A stretch of 64,000 bases of DNA, taken from positions 107,136,001-107,200,000 of the forward strand of contig OX597821.1 of the NCBI GenBank assembly GCA_951406725.2, in the 5' to 3' direction. This document shows positions 43,712 to 59,244 of this stretch, one piece after another (position 1 is the first letter of the stretch; every line of letters starts with the position of its first letter). The DNA is from Octopus vulgaris. Its lineage: Eukaryota. The notes beneath the pieces are model-generated. The model was not told where the DNA came from. It saw only the letters and a list, made by a program, of their open reading frames with translations, and searched no databases. The position numbers and the translations under genes are program-made.

Positions 43712-44662
43712 CGATTCATTTAAACGAACTCCAATCCGTATCATTGTTATCAGAAGAATCATGTCCACAGAAGCCACAAACATAACGGACAGGTAATAAG
43801 TGAGCATCATTTTGTATGAATTATTTATAATTATATACGTAGCAACACAACATCCAGTAATACAAACGAGTGAGATAAATACCGAAGACAATTGAAATGA
43901 TGCATTTACTAAATTCAGTGTTTTACTCAGAGTATTATGGGAGTTGCATATTTCTGGAATCTCTTTATATTTTTTAAAGAAATACGAAGTATTTGAATGC
44001 TTTTCTTTAACGTATCTCTCTGCCTCGCTCGCTACTTTATTAAACTCATACTGCAGTGCAGTTCCAATTGCCATATTGATATACCAATCATAGAGTATGC
44101 CCGAATATAATATACTATTAAATAAAGTGAAAATTAATGAACTAATAGATTCAAGAGTTTTGATGGTGCTTAAATACTTTGTTGAGGAATTCGAAACATA
44201 GTTCATGAGAAACATGAGAACGATGTCAATCAGAGCGAGTAAAATTGGTGGCAGCAATACAACTATAGAAAGTGATATAAAAGAAAATAATAAGTTATTG
44301 TTATAGAATTTTTCATCGTCTTCTTCAATTTTAATTTCGGTAAATGCTTCGAGTATTTCTTTGTCTTTAGATTTTCGGAAGAATTTGATCAGACAGTAGA
44401 GTGAAAGCAAACACAGTAAAAATTGTGCATAAAATTCTAGAAATATTCCATCACTTCTGCTATGAAACAATTCTATTATAGTATACATAGATATAATGAG
44501 GTTTGTAATCAGAAATACAGGATAGAGGATGTAAAAGGCAGAGATACAGATATTTTTACATTTGAGAGATTTCAGTGATATGTTCATAAGTGATACCTTA
44601 GAAATATTAATTTTTCCATAAAATTGTAATATTTTGTAGAATCGTGTTTCTTTTAGTTCCAT
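43712..44662 (-). CDS. Grl/7TMIC-like TM1-6 exon, copy G (beta type, 317 codons, intact)
   Basis: Open from ATG 44662 to TCG|GTAAGT at 43712. Closest to copy B. Confidence 0.8.
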
Positions 44663-45314
44663 ACTTTTTATAATAAAATATGTCTCACAACTTCCTTATA
44701 GAGAGTTAAACACGTTGGCATGAAATACAGAGTCCTGGTTTTTGTTTAAGATCTCTATATTAAGGTCAGAGTGTTGCAAAGCTCCGTGCGTTGCGAAAGA
44801 ACAGGAAAAAAGGATATCGGATAAAGCTGTTATATAATGTCTCCTGCTTTGTTTGTATGTAAGAATTATTTCAAATCTGTTGTTATGGATTTAAAATACA
44901 CGACAAATTGAATATTACTCGATAAGCTTCTTAAGATATTAATCTGAAATGATTTATATTCAATCAACACTTTTTAAAGCTTATAGGAAAATGAATTTCA
45001 ACAATCTATTATGAATGTATTTGTGATATTACTCTGATGTTCATTTGACTTTCGCAAGTATATTGATTACAATATCGATATAATATTCTTCTCCATTAGT
45101 TTGCTTTGCATGAAGCGTTTGTTCCAAATTGATGTGCATTGATTAGTATTATTATCTGCGACGTATAAGAGGATTTGTCTTTCATATATGATTTCTCTTA
45201 CACATGACATGTGACTTAAATATAAATATATATATATATATGTGTATATATTTGAAAGAACTTTTGTAAATGCAACTTTAAACATGTTTATTTCTCTTAC
45301 ATATAAGATGCCAC

Positions 45315-45379
<65 letters not shown>

Positions 45380-46697
45380 ACCGTTTCAAAATGCCATTTT
45401 AGAGATGTTTAATCACTTGACCGGTTTCACTTTTTTCGAAAAAGATTGTCAAAATTAAAATGTAAAAGTACTGGTTGTCACAAAAGAACACGATATATAT
45501 ATATATATATGCATTCTTTGATAAAAATAGAAAAAAATATTAAAAACAGTTTACAAGAAAATATCTTCAGAAAATATTAAAAAGTTCATTAAAGATATTA
45601 GAGAAACTGAAGTACAGCTGCAATAGTGTCGTGGGTCGCAGAGTGAGGGAGCACTGTTGAGGGTATCATAACCGACTGATCTCCTTGTATTATATTTTTG
45701 CATAATCCAGGAACATTTCCGAACACACTTTTATATATATGCACATGGGTGTGTGTGTGTGTGTGTGTATTAACTATTCTATTTATGAATGTGTATGAGT
45801 ACAGTATCGTCCGTATTATCCGTAATTATCCATTTGATCAGCATCATTAATCCATTCCCTTAGGTGAAAATATATCAGTGGATGAATCACAGATGTAGGT
45901 TGATCCCTTTTTACTAAGATGAAGACTAATGAAGCTATGTGGATATTTCCGTGTGTACTTGGAATGGAGAATTACTTGATCTTTACTTATATATATATAC
46001 ACACACGTATATATATATATATACACACACAAACACATTTTTATATATATATGTATATATATATATATGTATATACGAGCGAAAGTCCCCCGTCCTATAG
46101 ACGGGCATCCGTTGTCAAACATTTAAACAAAAGTTTCTGAAAACAACTTGTCCGACCGTTTCATAGAGAAACACTGATTTAACCTCAATTTGAGACACCA
46201 GCAAAAGAAGATATAAAGATAGATTTATTTTTCTATTCCAAAAAAAAGATTATATTCACGCATATATATGCAAATGAAGAATTTAAAGTACCAGTAATGG
46301 TAAGGTTGTTGACTGGGAGAACACAAACATGGTTTAAACAGTAAGCTTGGCAGGAAAGAAAGGTGCCTTTAAGCAGTACAAAAACAACGGAAGAAAAGCA
46401 GGACAAAAACGGCTTTATCGGTCGCATTCTCACCTAGAGACGATTTTTGAAATTTTTTCAAGACTTATATACCCCCTGATACCTGTGAGTTTTACGGGAG
46501 CTTTACGAAAATAAACAAAAGACGAAGGCAGGTGGAGTACAAATAAACAATTATATTAGTATGACGCTCAAGAATAGAAATATACACAGAAAGATACACA
46601 GAAAAGAAACACGAGAGAAACAAGGAGAGAAAATAAAATGCATGTAGAAGCTAACGATTAAACAGGGCGTTCTATATACATATATATATATATATAC

Positions 46698-46818
<121 letters not shown>

Positions 46819-48272
46819 TAGATAGATAGATAGATGGATACTTAGATAGGCAGGTAGATATGCGGCGAGCTGGCAGGAACGTTAGAACGCCGGGCGAAAT
46901 GCTTAGCCGTATTTCGTCTGCGTTACGTTGTGAGTTCAAATTCCGCCGAGGTCGACTTTGCTTTTCATCCTTTCGGGGTCGATTAATAAAGTACCATTTA
47001 TGCACTGGGGTAAATGTAATAGACTTAATACCTATGCCTGCCTTGTTTCCCCTTTCTGTGTTTAGCCCCTTGTGGGTAATAAAGAAATAGATATAGATAT
47101 AGATAGATGGATATATATATATATAGATACAGATATACATGTACATGTATGTATGTATATATATATATAACGGGAAGCTTTATGAAAATAGACAAAAGAC
47201 GAAGGCAGGTGGAAAACAAACAAACAATTGTATTAGTATGGCGCTCAGGAAATATAAATAAAACAAGTCATATATGTGTGTGTGTGTCTGTGTGTGTGTG
47301 TGTGTATGCGTGTGTGTTTGTGTATTTCATTCCTGTTCTCACTCGTACCAAGGATTAACCTACCATATACTATTTTAAACTTTGTCATTTACTTACTGTA
47401 CCAAAGAGATACACAAGCAAAATATTACACTTTTAACCATATTCAACGTTTCCTTATTCTTCTCTAGGCTCTTCCTTTTTATTTTTTCCTCTATCTGTTG
47501 AAGCTCCATGTTTCATATAGATATCTTTAGCATCACAACGGCAATAGAAATAGAATTAGACACAGCTCTTAGATGGGATGCAGTCTATTTGTATTGAATT
47601 AAATAATAATAATTGATGTCATTCAATTGGCTTCCCTTAATATTTCTCCATTTTCTGTCATATATATAAATACAAATATAAATATATATATATATGTATG
47701 TATGTACTCTAGTAATGTATCACTTGTGCTCTGTAAGTACTGAACTACAATTTCCTGTATAAATTTTTCTACTGCTGTGAAGCCCCTCCCAACATCATCT
47801 GTCCGCATTTACAGACGGTTGACGTTAGCGATCAGTTGTTGAGCTCCATACTGTTATTATTTTTGCTATAAATTTTATTACTATTTTTATAATTATCATC
47901 ATCATTATTATTATTATTATTGTTGTTGTTGTTATTATTATTATTATCATCAGTATTATTATCATCAGTATTATTATTATTATTATTATTATTGTTATTA
48001 TTATTATTGTTATTATTATTATTATTATTATCTTTTTTTTCCTCTTCTTTCAAATTTGCTTCTATTTCTTGCCGGGTGTCTTCACAACTCCTAGAGCACA
48101 GAAACTCATTGTATACATTGGTAGGCCATTAAACTAAACTCACTTGTTCGTTCATTTACATCCGGTTGACATCAGCGATCGGTTGTTGGGCTCCATACTG
48201 TTATTACTTTTGCTATAAATTTTGTTACTATTTTTATTATTATCATCATTATTATTATTATTATTGTTGTTA

Positions 48273-48303
<31 letters not shown>

Positions 48304-48322
48304 CATTATTATTATTATTATC

Positions 48323-48370
<48 letters not shown>

Positions 48371-48417
48371 GTTATTATTATTATTATTAATTTTTATTAT
48401 TATCCTTATTATTATTA

Positions 48418-48458
<41 letters not shown>

Positions 48459-49337
48459 TAGTTTTTTTTTTATCATGCGCGTTCATTGCACTACAAAGCG
48501 GAGCTCTCTTTGCCTTGGGTAAGTGTTATGGTTTGCTGTGGTGCTCTTATGTTTAGAGTATTGAAAGTGATTTAAGAAGGATTATTATTGTTGCTGTTTT
48601 TTGTTGTTTGTTATTTAGTTGTTCTTGTGGTTGCTGTTTTTAATTAGTAGAAAAACTAGGTGAAGGAAGAGGACGAGGAAGAGCAGGTTCAACAAAAGAA
48701 AGAAAGAAAAACAAAAATGAAGGAAGTAAAGAAATAAGGAAATAATGAAATAAATTCTTGACCCAAAAAAGAAAATAAAACTTCTAGAAAATACAAAAAC
48801 ATCAGTGGAGCATTATTAATTTTATAATGACGTCTTCAAAAAATTTCTGTTATTGACATCACTTATTGTTATTGAATTATTAGAAGGTCGTAACATTGTC
48901 AGCTAGAAATAAAACCATTACTAACATTGGCCAATAGCACGTCCATGTGAACAGATTTTTAACTATTCACACAAGCCCTCATCTTTTTTTGAATAAGTGA
49001 GAACTTGTGTGACATCCCTATCACCTTTAACAAAGAACTGTTGCAAAGTCCCGGGACACAGAGAAAGTTTGAATGAATGATGGAATGAGAAAAAAATTAG
49101 TTGGTGGTAGATATAATAGACCTAGTGGTAATGATGGCAGATTTTCCTCCATTTTTTTACCTCTATCTCATGTTCACATTTGGGAATCAAAAGATGCAGG
49201 ACGGATATCAGAAGATAAGATATGACTTAAATTTAAAACACCGAGGAAATTGGATAACATATACGACACCTTCTATGATATAATATGTGATATAAAACTG
49301 AAGAAAAAGTACGATTATATATTATTATATAACTTAC

Positions 49338-49448
49338 CGATTCATTTAAACGAACTCCAATTCGTATCATTGTGATTAGAAAAATCACGTTCACAGAAGC
49401 CACAAACATAATGGAAAGGTAATAAGTGAGCATCATTTTGTATGAATT
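49338..49448 (-). pseudogene. Grl-like exon remnant, copy H (TM6 only, beta type)
   Basis: YKMMLTYYLSIMFVASVNVIFLITMIRIGVRLNES|GTAAGT. Homology stops abruptly at 49448. Confidence 0.85.
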
Positions 49449-50972
49449 TAAGTAGATATCTGCGATTTCTCACACTATACTTATCTTTTTCTTTGTAACT
49501 ACACCTGATTTTAAAATTTTGGAACTTAATCTAGTTTAGGTAACACTACTTTAATAAATTAAGTTACTAAAGCTTAGCAATTCTATTACAGAATTAATTA
49601 AGCGAAGAAACTCCCTTGAAAGTAGTATGATAAACTTCAATAAAATAGACAATTCCATCACACCTTGTTAATTAAATTCTAGGTTTTGACCGGTAGTCCG
49701 TTAATGTTATTGATAGTAACGGCTACAATTTTTAAGACAGTAACATGAATAAATAAATAAATAAATAATTTAAATGACCTTTGGTTAAGGTTTGCACTTA
49801 GATCCTTTCTCTTATTGTATTTCCTTTTAGTGATAGCTATTGACCCCTCTACCCCTGACCTTGTTTATCTCTTTAAATCCACTTTAGATTCATATCTGCT
49901 TTCATCCGTATCAGATTGATAGTAAATAGCTGTGTACTGGTCAAAAAAATAATTTTCTTTCCACATAGTTCCTGAATTCTTAAAGTTTCTTAAAGATTCA
50001 AGCTAACTAAGCTATCTACAAATTCTTCTGTATTTGGTCACTTAGAAAAAACCCCTCCCGCTAAGTTGTCACAGTATACTCTACATAGGCGCCTTTTCTT
50101 TTCTCCCCATTCCACTTTTTCTTTCTTTCTTTTCCTTTTTCTTCTTTTTCTTTTTTCTTTTTCCTTTTCTTTCTCTTCCTTTCCTTATTTCTTCTTCTTC
50201 TCCTTTTTCTTTTTCTTTTTTCCTTGTCTCTTTCCTTTTTCTTTTATCGTATTTAATTTCTCTGCCCCACAAATAAATTCCTTCAGCCTTTAGAATTCTC
50301 AGCATAGCAGTTTTGCACGGAGAGCAATAACATGGCAAATTACCTTATCATATAGCATGAAATGATTGTGGATTAATAATGGTTAAATACATCGTCTGTG
50401 AGTATGAAATCCCTCATCTTACCACTGGAAATGTAAATCTTCACTATGGATTAATTCACCTATTCTGTGAAGCTAATAAGTCTTTAAAAACCTGTGATAA
50501 GTCTGTGCATCATCCTCTTCATATCTCTGGAAATTTAAATCTACACTATGGATTGATTCATCTTCTCTTCGAAACTAATAAGTTTTTTAAAAATTCTGTG
50601 ATAAGACTGTGCATCATCATTAAGGAACTTTGGAAAACTGTTTACAACCTATATCTGCCTCTAATGGAACTATCTCCAATATCTCATGAGTATAACCTCA
50701 CCCACTAAGATGTCTAGAGAACTCAAATGTATTTTAGCTGATGAGTACGGGACACTTTTATCTGCTGCAATTTTTGCAACTTGTAATAAAGCCTGTCTTT
50801 GTATGAAACAATTGTACTAAAAACCAATCCATTCTTGTTGCTTCTTTCTCGTTTATAATCACCCCGCATTACTGTATGGATAACACCATATAGTTTTTCT
50901 GGTGCATCTAAGTTAAGTACCACATTCAAGTAAATTCATTGGAAGTTACTTGAATCTTAATTGCTTTGATTT
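49449..50972. other. Unique ~1.5 kb insert replacing most of copy H and its proximal upstream region; unidentified, possibly a decayed retroelement
   Basis: No paralog in the window. Contains a pyrimidine tract (50090-50245) and a ~96-bp tandem duplication (50425-50620). Array sequence resumes after (TA)n at ~51020. Confidence 0.5.
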
Positions 50973-50982
50973 CATATATATA

Positions 50983-51023
<41 letters not shown>

Positions 51024-51606
51024 AAACCTTTTCAAAATGCAATTTTAAAGGTAATTAATCACTTGAACGGTTTCACTTTTTAGAAACATTTTGTCAAAAT
51101 TAAAATGTAAACCTTTGTAAAAGTTTTGTTGTGTTAAGTACTGGTTGTCACAAAATATCACAATACATATATACATTTTCTGATAAACAATTTTAAAATA
51201 TTAAAAACAGTTTACAAAAAAATATCTTGAGAAAATATTAAAAAGTTCATTAGAAATATGAGAGAAACTGAAGTACAGCTGCAATAGTTTCGTGATCTTC
51301 TAATTCATTCTTTCCGAAGCCTGGAACATTTCCGAACACACCTTTATATATATGCGTGCATGTGTGTGTGTGTGTGTGTGTGTATTAACTGTTATATATA
51401 TGTATGTGTATGAGTACGGTATAGACCGTATTATCTGTAATTATCCATTTGATCAACATCATTAATCCAATCCAATAGGTAAAAATATATCATTGGATGA
51501 ATCACAGATGTATGTTTATCACTTTTTACCAACGTGAAGACTAACATAGCTACGTGGATATTTCCGTGTGTACTTGGAATGGAGAAATACTTGATCTTTA
51601 CTTACA

Positions 51607-51660
<54 letters not shown>

Positions 51661-52882
51661 CATGTATATATATGTACGTGGAAAACGCCCCTTGTACAAT
51701 GGACAAGCTTGAGTTGTCAAGTATATAAACCAAATTTTCTCGAAACAACTTGTCCGACCGTTCCTTAGGCCTCGCCTTAGAGAAACACTGATTTAACCTA
51801 AATTTGAGATACTAGCAAAAGAAGAAATAAAGATAGACTTTTTTTCTATTCCAATTTATTCACACAAATATGTAACCGAAGATTTTAAATTACCAATAAT
51901 GTTAAGGTTGTTGACTGGGTGAACACAAACATGGTTTAAACAGTAAGCTAGGGAGGAAAGAAACGTACCTTTAAGAAATACAAAAACAACAAAATTGGAA
52001 GATACAGTTATGTACATGTTGACGGAAGAAAAGCAGAACAAAAACGGCTTTATCGATCACACTCTCACCTAGAATCGATTTTTGTAATTTTTTCAAGTCT
52101 TATACACGCCCCGATACCGTCGATATCTACATATCAAATTTGAGCGTAATCGGTTGGAGGAAACCCGAGTTCCGTGAAGACATACAGACAGACAGTCCTA
52201 ACGGATTTTATATAAGCTGTGTATATATATATATAAAGTTATTATTTATTCATCTTATCCACCATTCGTATTAAGCATTAACCGAACAAGTATTAATTTA
52301 TCATTAGTAATCTGCTTAACACCCCCCACCCAAAAGGTACAGAAGCAAAATTGTATGATTATAACCTTATTCGACCATTCCTTTTTCTTCTCTAGGCCCT
52401 TCCTTTTCCTCTTTTCCACTCTGAAGGTGACCCAAGAAAGATACTAAAACTTCTAGGAAATGCAAAAACATCAGTGGAGCATTATTAATATTAAAATGAC
52501 GTCTTCAAAAATTTCTGTTGTTGAGATCACTCATCATTTCTTCGATAAACGTGAACTTGTGTGGCATCCCTAACACATTTCACAAAGAACTGTTGCAAAG
52601 TCAAAGAGAGAGAAAGTGTGAATGAATGATGGAATGAGAAAAAAATTAGTTGGTGGTAGAAATAATAGACCTAGTGGTAATGATGGGAGATTTTCCTCCA
52701 TTTTTTTACCTTTATCTCACCTTCACATTTGGGAATCAAAAGATGCAGGATGGATATCGGAATATATCACATAAATTTAAAACACCGAGGAAATTTGGAT
52801 AATATATTCGACATCTTTTGTGATGTAATATGTAAAATAGAATTGATGAAAAAGTACGATTATATGTTATTATATAACTTAC

Positions 52883-53821
52883 CGATTTATTTAAACGGAC
52901 TCCAATCTGCATCGTTGTGATCAGAAGAATCACGTTCAAAGAAGCCAAAAACATAGTTGAAACGTAATAAGTGAGTATAATATTGTATGAATTATTTATA
53001 ATTATATACGTAGCAACACAACATGCAGTAATACTAACGAGTACGATAATTCCCGAGGTCAGTTCAAATGATTCATTTACTAAATTCAGTGTTTTACTCA
53101 GAGTATCATGTGAGTTACATATTTCTGGAATCTCCTTATATTTCTTAATGTAGTACGAAGTAATTGAATGCTTTTCTTTTACGTATTTTTCAGCCTCGCT
53201 CGCTACTTTATTAAACTCATACTGCAGTGCAGTTCCAATTGCCATATTGATATACCAATCATAGAGTATGCACGTAAATAATATACAATCAAATAACATG
53301 CAAATTAATGAAATAGTAAATTCAAGAGCTTCGATGCTGCTTAAATATTTTGTTGAGTAATTCCAAATAAAGTTCATGATAACGATATTCATCAGAGCGA
53401 GTAAAATTGGTGGCAGCAATACAACTATAGAAAGTGATATAAAAGAAAATATTAAGTTATTGTTATAGAATTTTTCATCGTCTTCTTCAATTTTAAGTTT
53501 GGTAAATGCTTCGAGTATTTCTTTGTCTTTAGATTTTCGGAAGAATTTGATCAGACAGTAGAGTGAAAGCAAACACTTAAAAAATAGTGTATAAATAAAA
53601 ACAAATCTTTCATGAGATTTATGAAGCAATCCTATTATAGCATACATAGATATAATGGGGCTTGTAGTCAGATATGCAGGATACAGGATATAAGATGCAG
53701 AGATACAGATATTTTTACATTTGAGAAACTTCAGTGATATGTTCATAAGTGATTTCTTAGAAATATTAATTTTCCCATAGAATTGTAGTAATTTATAGAA
53801 TCGTGTTTCTTTTAGTTCCAT
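52883..53821 (-). CDS. Grl/7TMIC-like TM1-6 exon, copy I (alpha type, 313 codons, intact)
   Basis: MELKETRFY ATG at 53821, open to TCG|GTAAGT at 52883. Closest to copy C. Confidence 0.8.
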
Positions 53822-54346
53822 ACTTTTTGTAATAAAATATTTCTTACAACTTCTATATAGAGAGTTAAACACGTTGACTTAAAAAACAGAGTTCTAGTTT
53901 TTGTTTAAGATCTCTATATTAAGGTGAGAGTGTTGCAAAGCTCTGTGTGTTGCGAAAGAACTGGAAATAAATCTATCGGATAAAGCTGTTATATAATGTC
54001 TCCCGTTTTGTTTGTCCGTAGGGATTATTTCAAATCTGTTGCTAAAATACATGTGAAATTGAATATTACTCGATAAGCTTCTTAAGATATTAATCTGAAA
54101 TGATTTATATTCAATCAACACTTTATAAAGCTTATAGGGAAATGAATTGCGACAATCTATTATGAATTTATTTGTGATATTACTCTGATGTTAATTTCAT
54201 TTTCGCAAGTATATTAATTACAATATCGATATTTTATTCTTCTCCATTAGTTTGTATTGTATAAAGCGTTGGTTCCAAATTGATGTGCATTGATTAGTAT
54301 TATTATCTGCGACGTATAAGATTTCTCTTACATATAAGATGTCTCT

Positions 54347-54416
<70 letters not shown>

Positions 54417-55038
54417 AAAAACGTTTGATAATGCAATTTTTTATAATCATTAATCACTTGACCGGTTTCACTTTTTTAGAAAAATTTTGTCAAAACTAAA
54501 ATCTAAAGATTTGTAAAAGCTTTCTTGTGTTAAGTACTGGTTGTCACAAAATATCACAATATATATATATATACATTCTTTGATAAAAATTTTAAAAATA
54601 TTAAAAACAGTTCAGAATGAAATATCTTGAGAAAATATTAAAAGTTTCATTAAAGATATTAGAAAAACTGAAGCACAGCTACAATAGTTTCGTGATTCGC
54701 AGAATGATGGTGCTCTGCTGAGGGAATCATAACCGACTGATATCCTTGTATTATATTTTTGCCTACTCCAGGACTATTTCCGAACACACCCTTATATATA
54801 TGCGCATGTGTGTGTGTGTGTATTAACGGTTACATTTTTGTATGTATATGAGTACAGTATAGTCCGTATTATCCGTAATTATCCATTTGATCAACATCAT
54901 TAATACATTCCATTAGGTGAAAATATATCAGTGGATGAATCACAGATGTAGGTTTATCCCTTTTTACCAAGATGAAGATTAATGAAGCTATGTGGATATT
55001 TCCATGTGTACTTGGAATGGAGAAGTACTTGAGCTTTA

Positions 55039-55146
<108 letters not shown>

Positions 55147-55633
55147 TTGTCAAAAATTTAAACGAAATTTTCTCAAAACAACTTGTCCGACCGATCCTGA
55201 TTTAACCTAAATTTGAGATACCAGCAAAAGAATAAATAAAGATAGTCTTATTTTTCTATTCCAAAGAAAAAGATTTTATTCACGCAAATATGCAAACGAA
55301 GAGTTTAAAATACCAGTAATGATAAGGCTGTTGACTGGGTGAACACAAACATGGTTTAAACAGTAAGCTTGGCAGGAAACAAACGTGCCTTTAAGCAGTA
55401 CAAAAACAACGGAAGAAAAGCAGGACAAAAACGGCCTTATCGATCCCATTCTCACCAAGAATCGATTTTTGTAATTTTTTCAAGACCTACATACGCCCTG
55501 ATACCTTCGGTATCAAGATATCACATTTGAGCCCAATAAGATGGAGGATTCACGAGATCCGAGAAGACACAAAGCCAGACAGACAGAACGGATATATATA
55601 TATATATAGATAGATATAGATATATAGATATAT

Positions 55634-57906
55634 GTTGTGAAATATAATACAGACACAGTTATGAGCCCTCTACCAAGTGAAGAACAAGTGATGACATCCA
55701 TACAACACATAGCTCACTTTATCCACAGCAGTATAAAAGTCACCATAGTCTACCCCTCTAAACACCCGAGTAAACGATTACCCGTCCTAGATTCTGAGCT
55801 ATGGATGGAAGATGCTATGGTTAATGGAACCATTAAACCCTGTATACTCCACTCACACTATCAGAAACCGATGGCTAATCCACTAGATATCCGTAGTGAC
55901 TCAGCTATGTCGGATACTGCCAAACTCGACATCCTAGTGGCAGACTTAATTAGAGTAATGAGGAATGTATCACCACTATGCCAACCACAAGAACGACAAC
56001 AGCACATCCAGCACTACATATTCCGAATGCAACGCTCCGGATACACACAAGACGATAGAGTCAGGGTGTACAAAAGGGCGAAAGCTAGATTCGAACGCAT
56101 TCTAAGGAACGACGAAAACGGTATATGCCCCCTATACCGCAACAAGTTCTGGAATAGGTTAGAGAGGGACACCAACAAAAGGATGAAAAACGTTACTTGG
56201 TACGATAACAGGAGATTTCACGGAGTAATGTTCGTTGACGCCACACCTAAGAACGAGCTAAGTAAGGCATTCAAGAAAATCCTGCGCAACATTGGCCTAA
56301 AAATTAAAGTTGTAGAAAAGACAGGTAGGACTATCAAATCGGCATTATGCAGATCATATCCATTTGATAGAATCACCTGTCAAAGTAATTGTGCAGTATG
56401 TTCGACAAATCCACATGTAAATTGCAAAACCAAGGGCACTGTATACCAGATTAAGTGCCAGGAGGGAGCTTGCGCGACTAACCCAAACTCAGAGTCATAC
56501 ATAGGTGGGACTTCTAGAAGCATCAATGATAGGTTCAAAGAACACCTGGACAACTACATTGAAAGGAAGCCAAACTCCATCTTCTACCAACATGCTGTAG
56601 ACTGCCACAAAGGGAAACTTAAGTTGAACATCCTATCAACACATCCCACCGATGCAATGTTGAGACAGGTCACAGAAGCTGTTTGTATACAAGAATACAA
56701 ACCTACTCTCAACCGAAAGTCCGAATGGAGTAACATCCAGATCCCAATCAGAAGGACTATTCTATAACCACCCCTCTCTCTCTCGTTTACTTGTAGTCCT
56801 TACATACAGGTTGCAATGCGTATGTGCAGTTATATATAACCGTATGAGCGTACGTTGTTTGATACGTACAGTTGCACTTAGGCGCTGTATCCATTCACAG
56901 TTAGACGGTGATGAGAGGAACAAACACACACCCACACATATATATATGTGTGTGCGTATATACAAACATATATGTGAATATGTATACAACCTTAAACAAA
57001 GTAACAGTCATGTACACAACTTGGACGGACACATGCCAGTACACGGACATACGTTCACATACACATACACATGTACACACTCTCACAGACACGTCAGCCC
57101 ATTCTCCTAGACACTCACATACATACGTAGCACATGAGTACAAACATACATACATACATACCTACGTATGGGCATACACACGTACATAGTCATGTACATG
57201 TACGCACACACATACATGGGCACATGCATACGTGCGCGTATACATACATACGCACATGCGTACGTATGTACATACATACACACATACATACATACATACA
57301 TACATACATACATACATACATACATACATACATACATACATAAATACATACATACATACATACATACGCACATACATACATACATATGCACAATAGTAAA
57401 ACAAAAGTTCTGGGATATAGAGATAAATATCTGATAATAGGTTTTAGGGTATAGTTTTGGGAGTGAGGGTCATAAATCACTTCCTGGCTTCGGCAGGGGA
57501 AGTTGAAATTTGATATTATTGTGATGAGTGGTCACTCTACATCTATCCATCACTACAGGTTTATAGCTTTATGTTTATAGTGTGTATGTGCGTGCATATA
57601 CGCACACATACATATATACATACATACATACATACATACACAGGCGTATGTACGTACATGCATACATACATACATACATACATACATACATACATACATA
57701 CATACATACATACATACAGACATACATACGTACCTATATATGACGAACTAACTGTTACTTTCTCAGATGCAGCACGGATTTTTGTCAGTGAACAAGTCGC
57801 GGATTTTAGCGACGAAAATATTTTGACAAATTAAACTAAAATGTTGAAGTGAATCGAACGGCTTTTGTGTGTTTCTTAAATGGCTTCTAAACACCTTCCG
57901 CGCTGC

Positions 57907-57910
<4 letters not shown>
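55634..57910 (+). mobile_element. Penelope-like retroelement (second family), 5'-truncated
   Basis: GIY-YIG ORF, a (CATA)n-rich 3' region and a degenerate hammerhead at 57781-57830 (tttgtca-GTGAACAA-GTCGC...GCGAC-GAAA-ATAT-TT-tgacaaa). Absent from the paralogous site at ~26000. Confidence 0.88.
55637..56767 (+). CDS. Penelope-like RT C-terminus + GIY-YIG endonuclease (partial)
   Basis: LPVLD, YQKPMA, SGY, Cys-rich linker CQSNCAVC...NC, GTVYQIKC...SYIGGTSRSINDRFKEH, RQVTEAVCI, PTLNRKSEW. Confidence 0.88.
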   Translation: MKYNTDTVMSPLPSEEQVMTSIQHIAHFIHSSIKVTIVYPSKHPSKRLPVLDSELWMEDAMVNGTIKPCILHSHYQKPMANPLDIRSDSAMSDTAKLDILVADLIRVMRNVSPLCQPQERQQHIQHYIFRMQRSGYTQDDRVRVYKRAKARFERILRNDENGICPLYRNKFWNRLERDTNKRMKNVTWYDNRRFHGVMFVDATPKNELSKAFKKILRNIGLKIKVVEKTGRTIKSALCRSYPFDRITCQSNCAVCSTNPHVNCKTKGTVYQIKCQEGACATNPNSESYIGGTSRSINDRFKEHLDNYIERKPNSIFYQHAVDCHKGKLKLNILSTHPTDAMLRQVTEAVCIQEYKPTLNRKSEWSNIQIPIRRTIL

Positions 57911-57958
<48 letters not shown>

Positions 57959-58236
57959 ACAGAGAACGAGAGATAGATAGATCGAACGCAAGGCAAAGTT
58001 TTTTGGTTGGAAACATAATAGTCATAATGGTAGCAATGGAAGATGTTTTTCCATTATTTCACCTCTATCTCATGTTCATCTTTGGGAATCAAGTGATACA
58101 AGACGGATATCGGAAGGAAAGATATCACATAATTCCAAAGACCGATTTAATTAGGATAACATCTTCGATATTTTTTATGATGTGTTATGGAAAATAGAAT
58201 TAAAGAATAATTGCGATTATATATTATATGACTTAC

Positions 58237-59020
58237 CGATTTATTAAAACGAAACCAATCCACATCATCCTGATCAAAAGCATCGTGTTCAACGAAGTCA
58301 CAAATAATACGGAATTATGTTCAGAGAAAGTATTTTGAAATGAATGATTTATAATTATATACGTAGCAACACAGCATCCAGTAATACTAATGAGTACGAT
58401 AAATCCCGAACAGAATTGAAATGATTCATTCAATAAATTCAGTGTTTTACTCAGAGTATCATGTGAGTTACATATTTCTGGAATCTCTTTATATTTCTTA
58501 AAGAAATACGAAGCATTTGAATGCTTTTCTTTTACGTATCTCTCAGCCTCACTCGCTACTTTATTAAACTCATACTGCAGTGCGGTCCCAATTGTCATAT
58601 TGATATACCAATCATATAGTATGCACGCATATAATATACTATCAAATATAGTGAAAATTAATGAAATAATAAATTCAAGAGTTTTTCTTGCATTTAAATA
58701 ATTTGTTGAGGAATTCCGAACGTTGTACATGGAAAACGGGAGAACGTATACTATGATATTGTGTATAATAGGCGGCAGCAACATCACTATAGAAAGAGAT
58801 ATAAAAGAAAATATTATGTTATTGTTATAGAATTTTTCATCGTCTTCTTTAATTGTAAGTTCGGTGAATGCTTCGCGTATTCTTTCTCTTTAGATTTACT
58901 GAAGAATTTGATCAGACCGTAGATTGATATGAAACACAGAAGAAATAGTGCATAAATATATACAATTACACGATCAGTTGTTAAGCTCTGGTATGGGTGA
59001 CAAAGACAGGCACGCAAATA
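58237..59020 (-). pseudogene. Degenerate Grl-like exon, copy J (gamma type)
   Basis: ORFs 58233-58787 and 58814-59068 are frameshifted parts of the exon. Shares the KEKE|YAKH and FVLINR* frameshifts with copy D. Donor retained. Confidence 0.87.
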
Positions 59021-59023
59021 CAT

Positions 59024-59065
<42 letters not shown>

Positions 59066-59244
59066 CATGCATATTTTCGACAGGCTTCTTTAAGTTTTCC
59101 TCTACCAAACACACTGAGAAGGGTTTTGTCAGCCCAAAGCAATGGTAGAAGACACGTGCCAAACGAAAGCGAAACCGAGCGGTTGGGAAGCAAGCATCTT
59201 ACCAGCAAGACAGTTCTGTGCATATATATGTATGTATATATATA

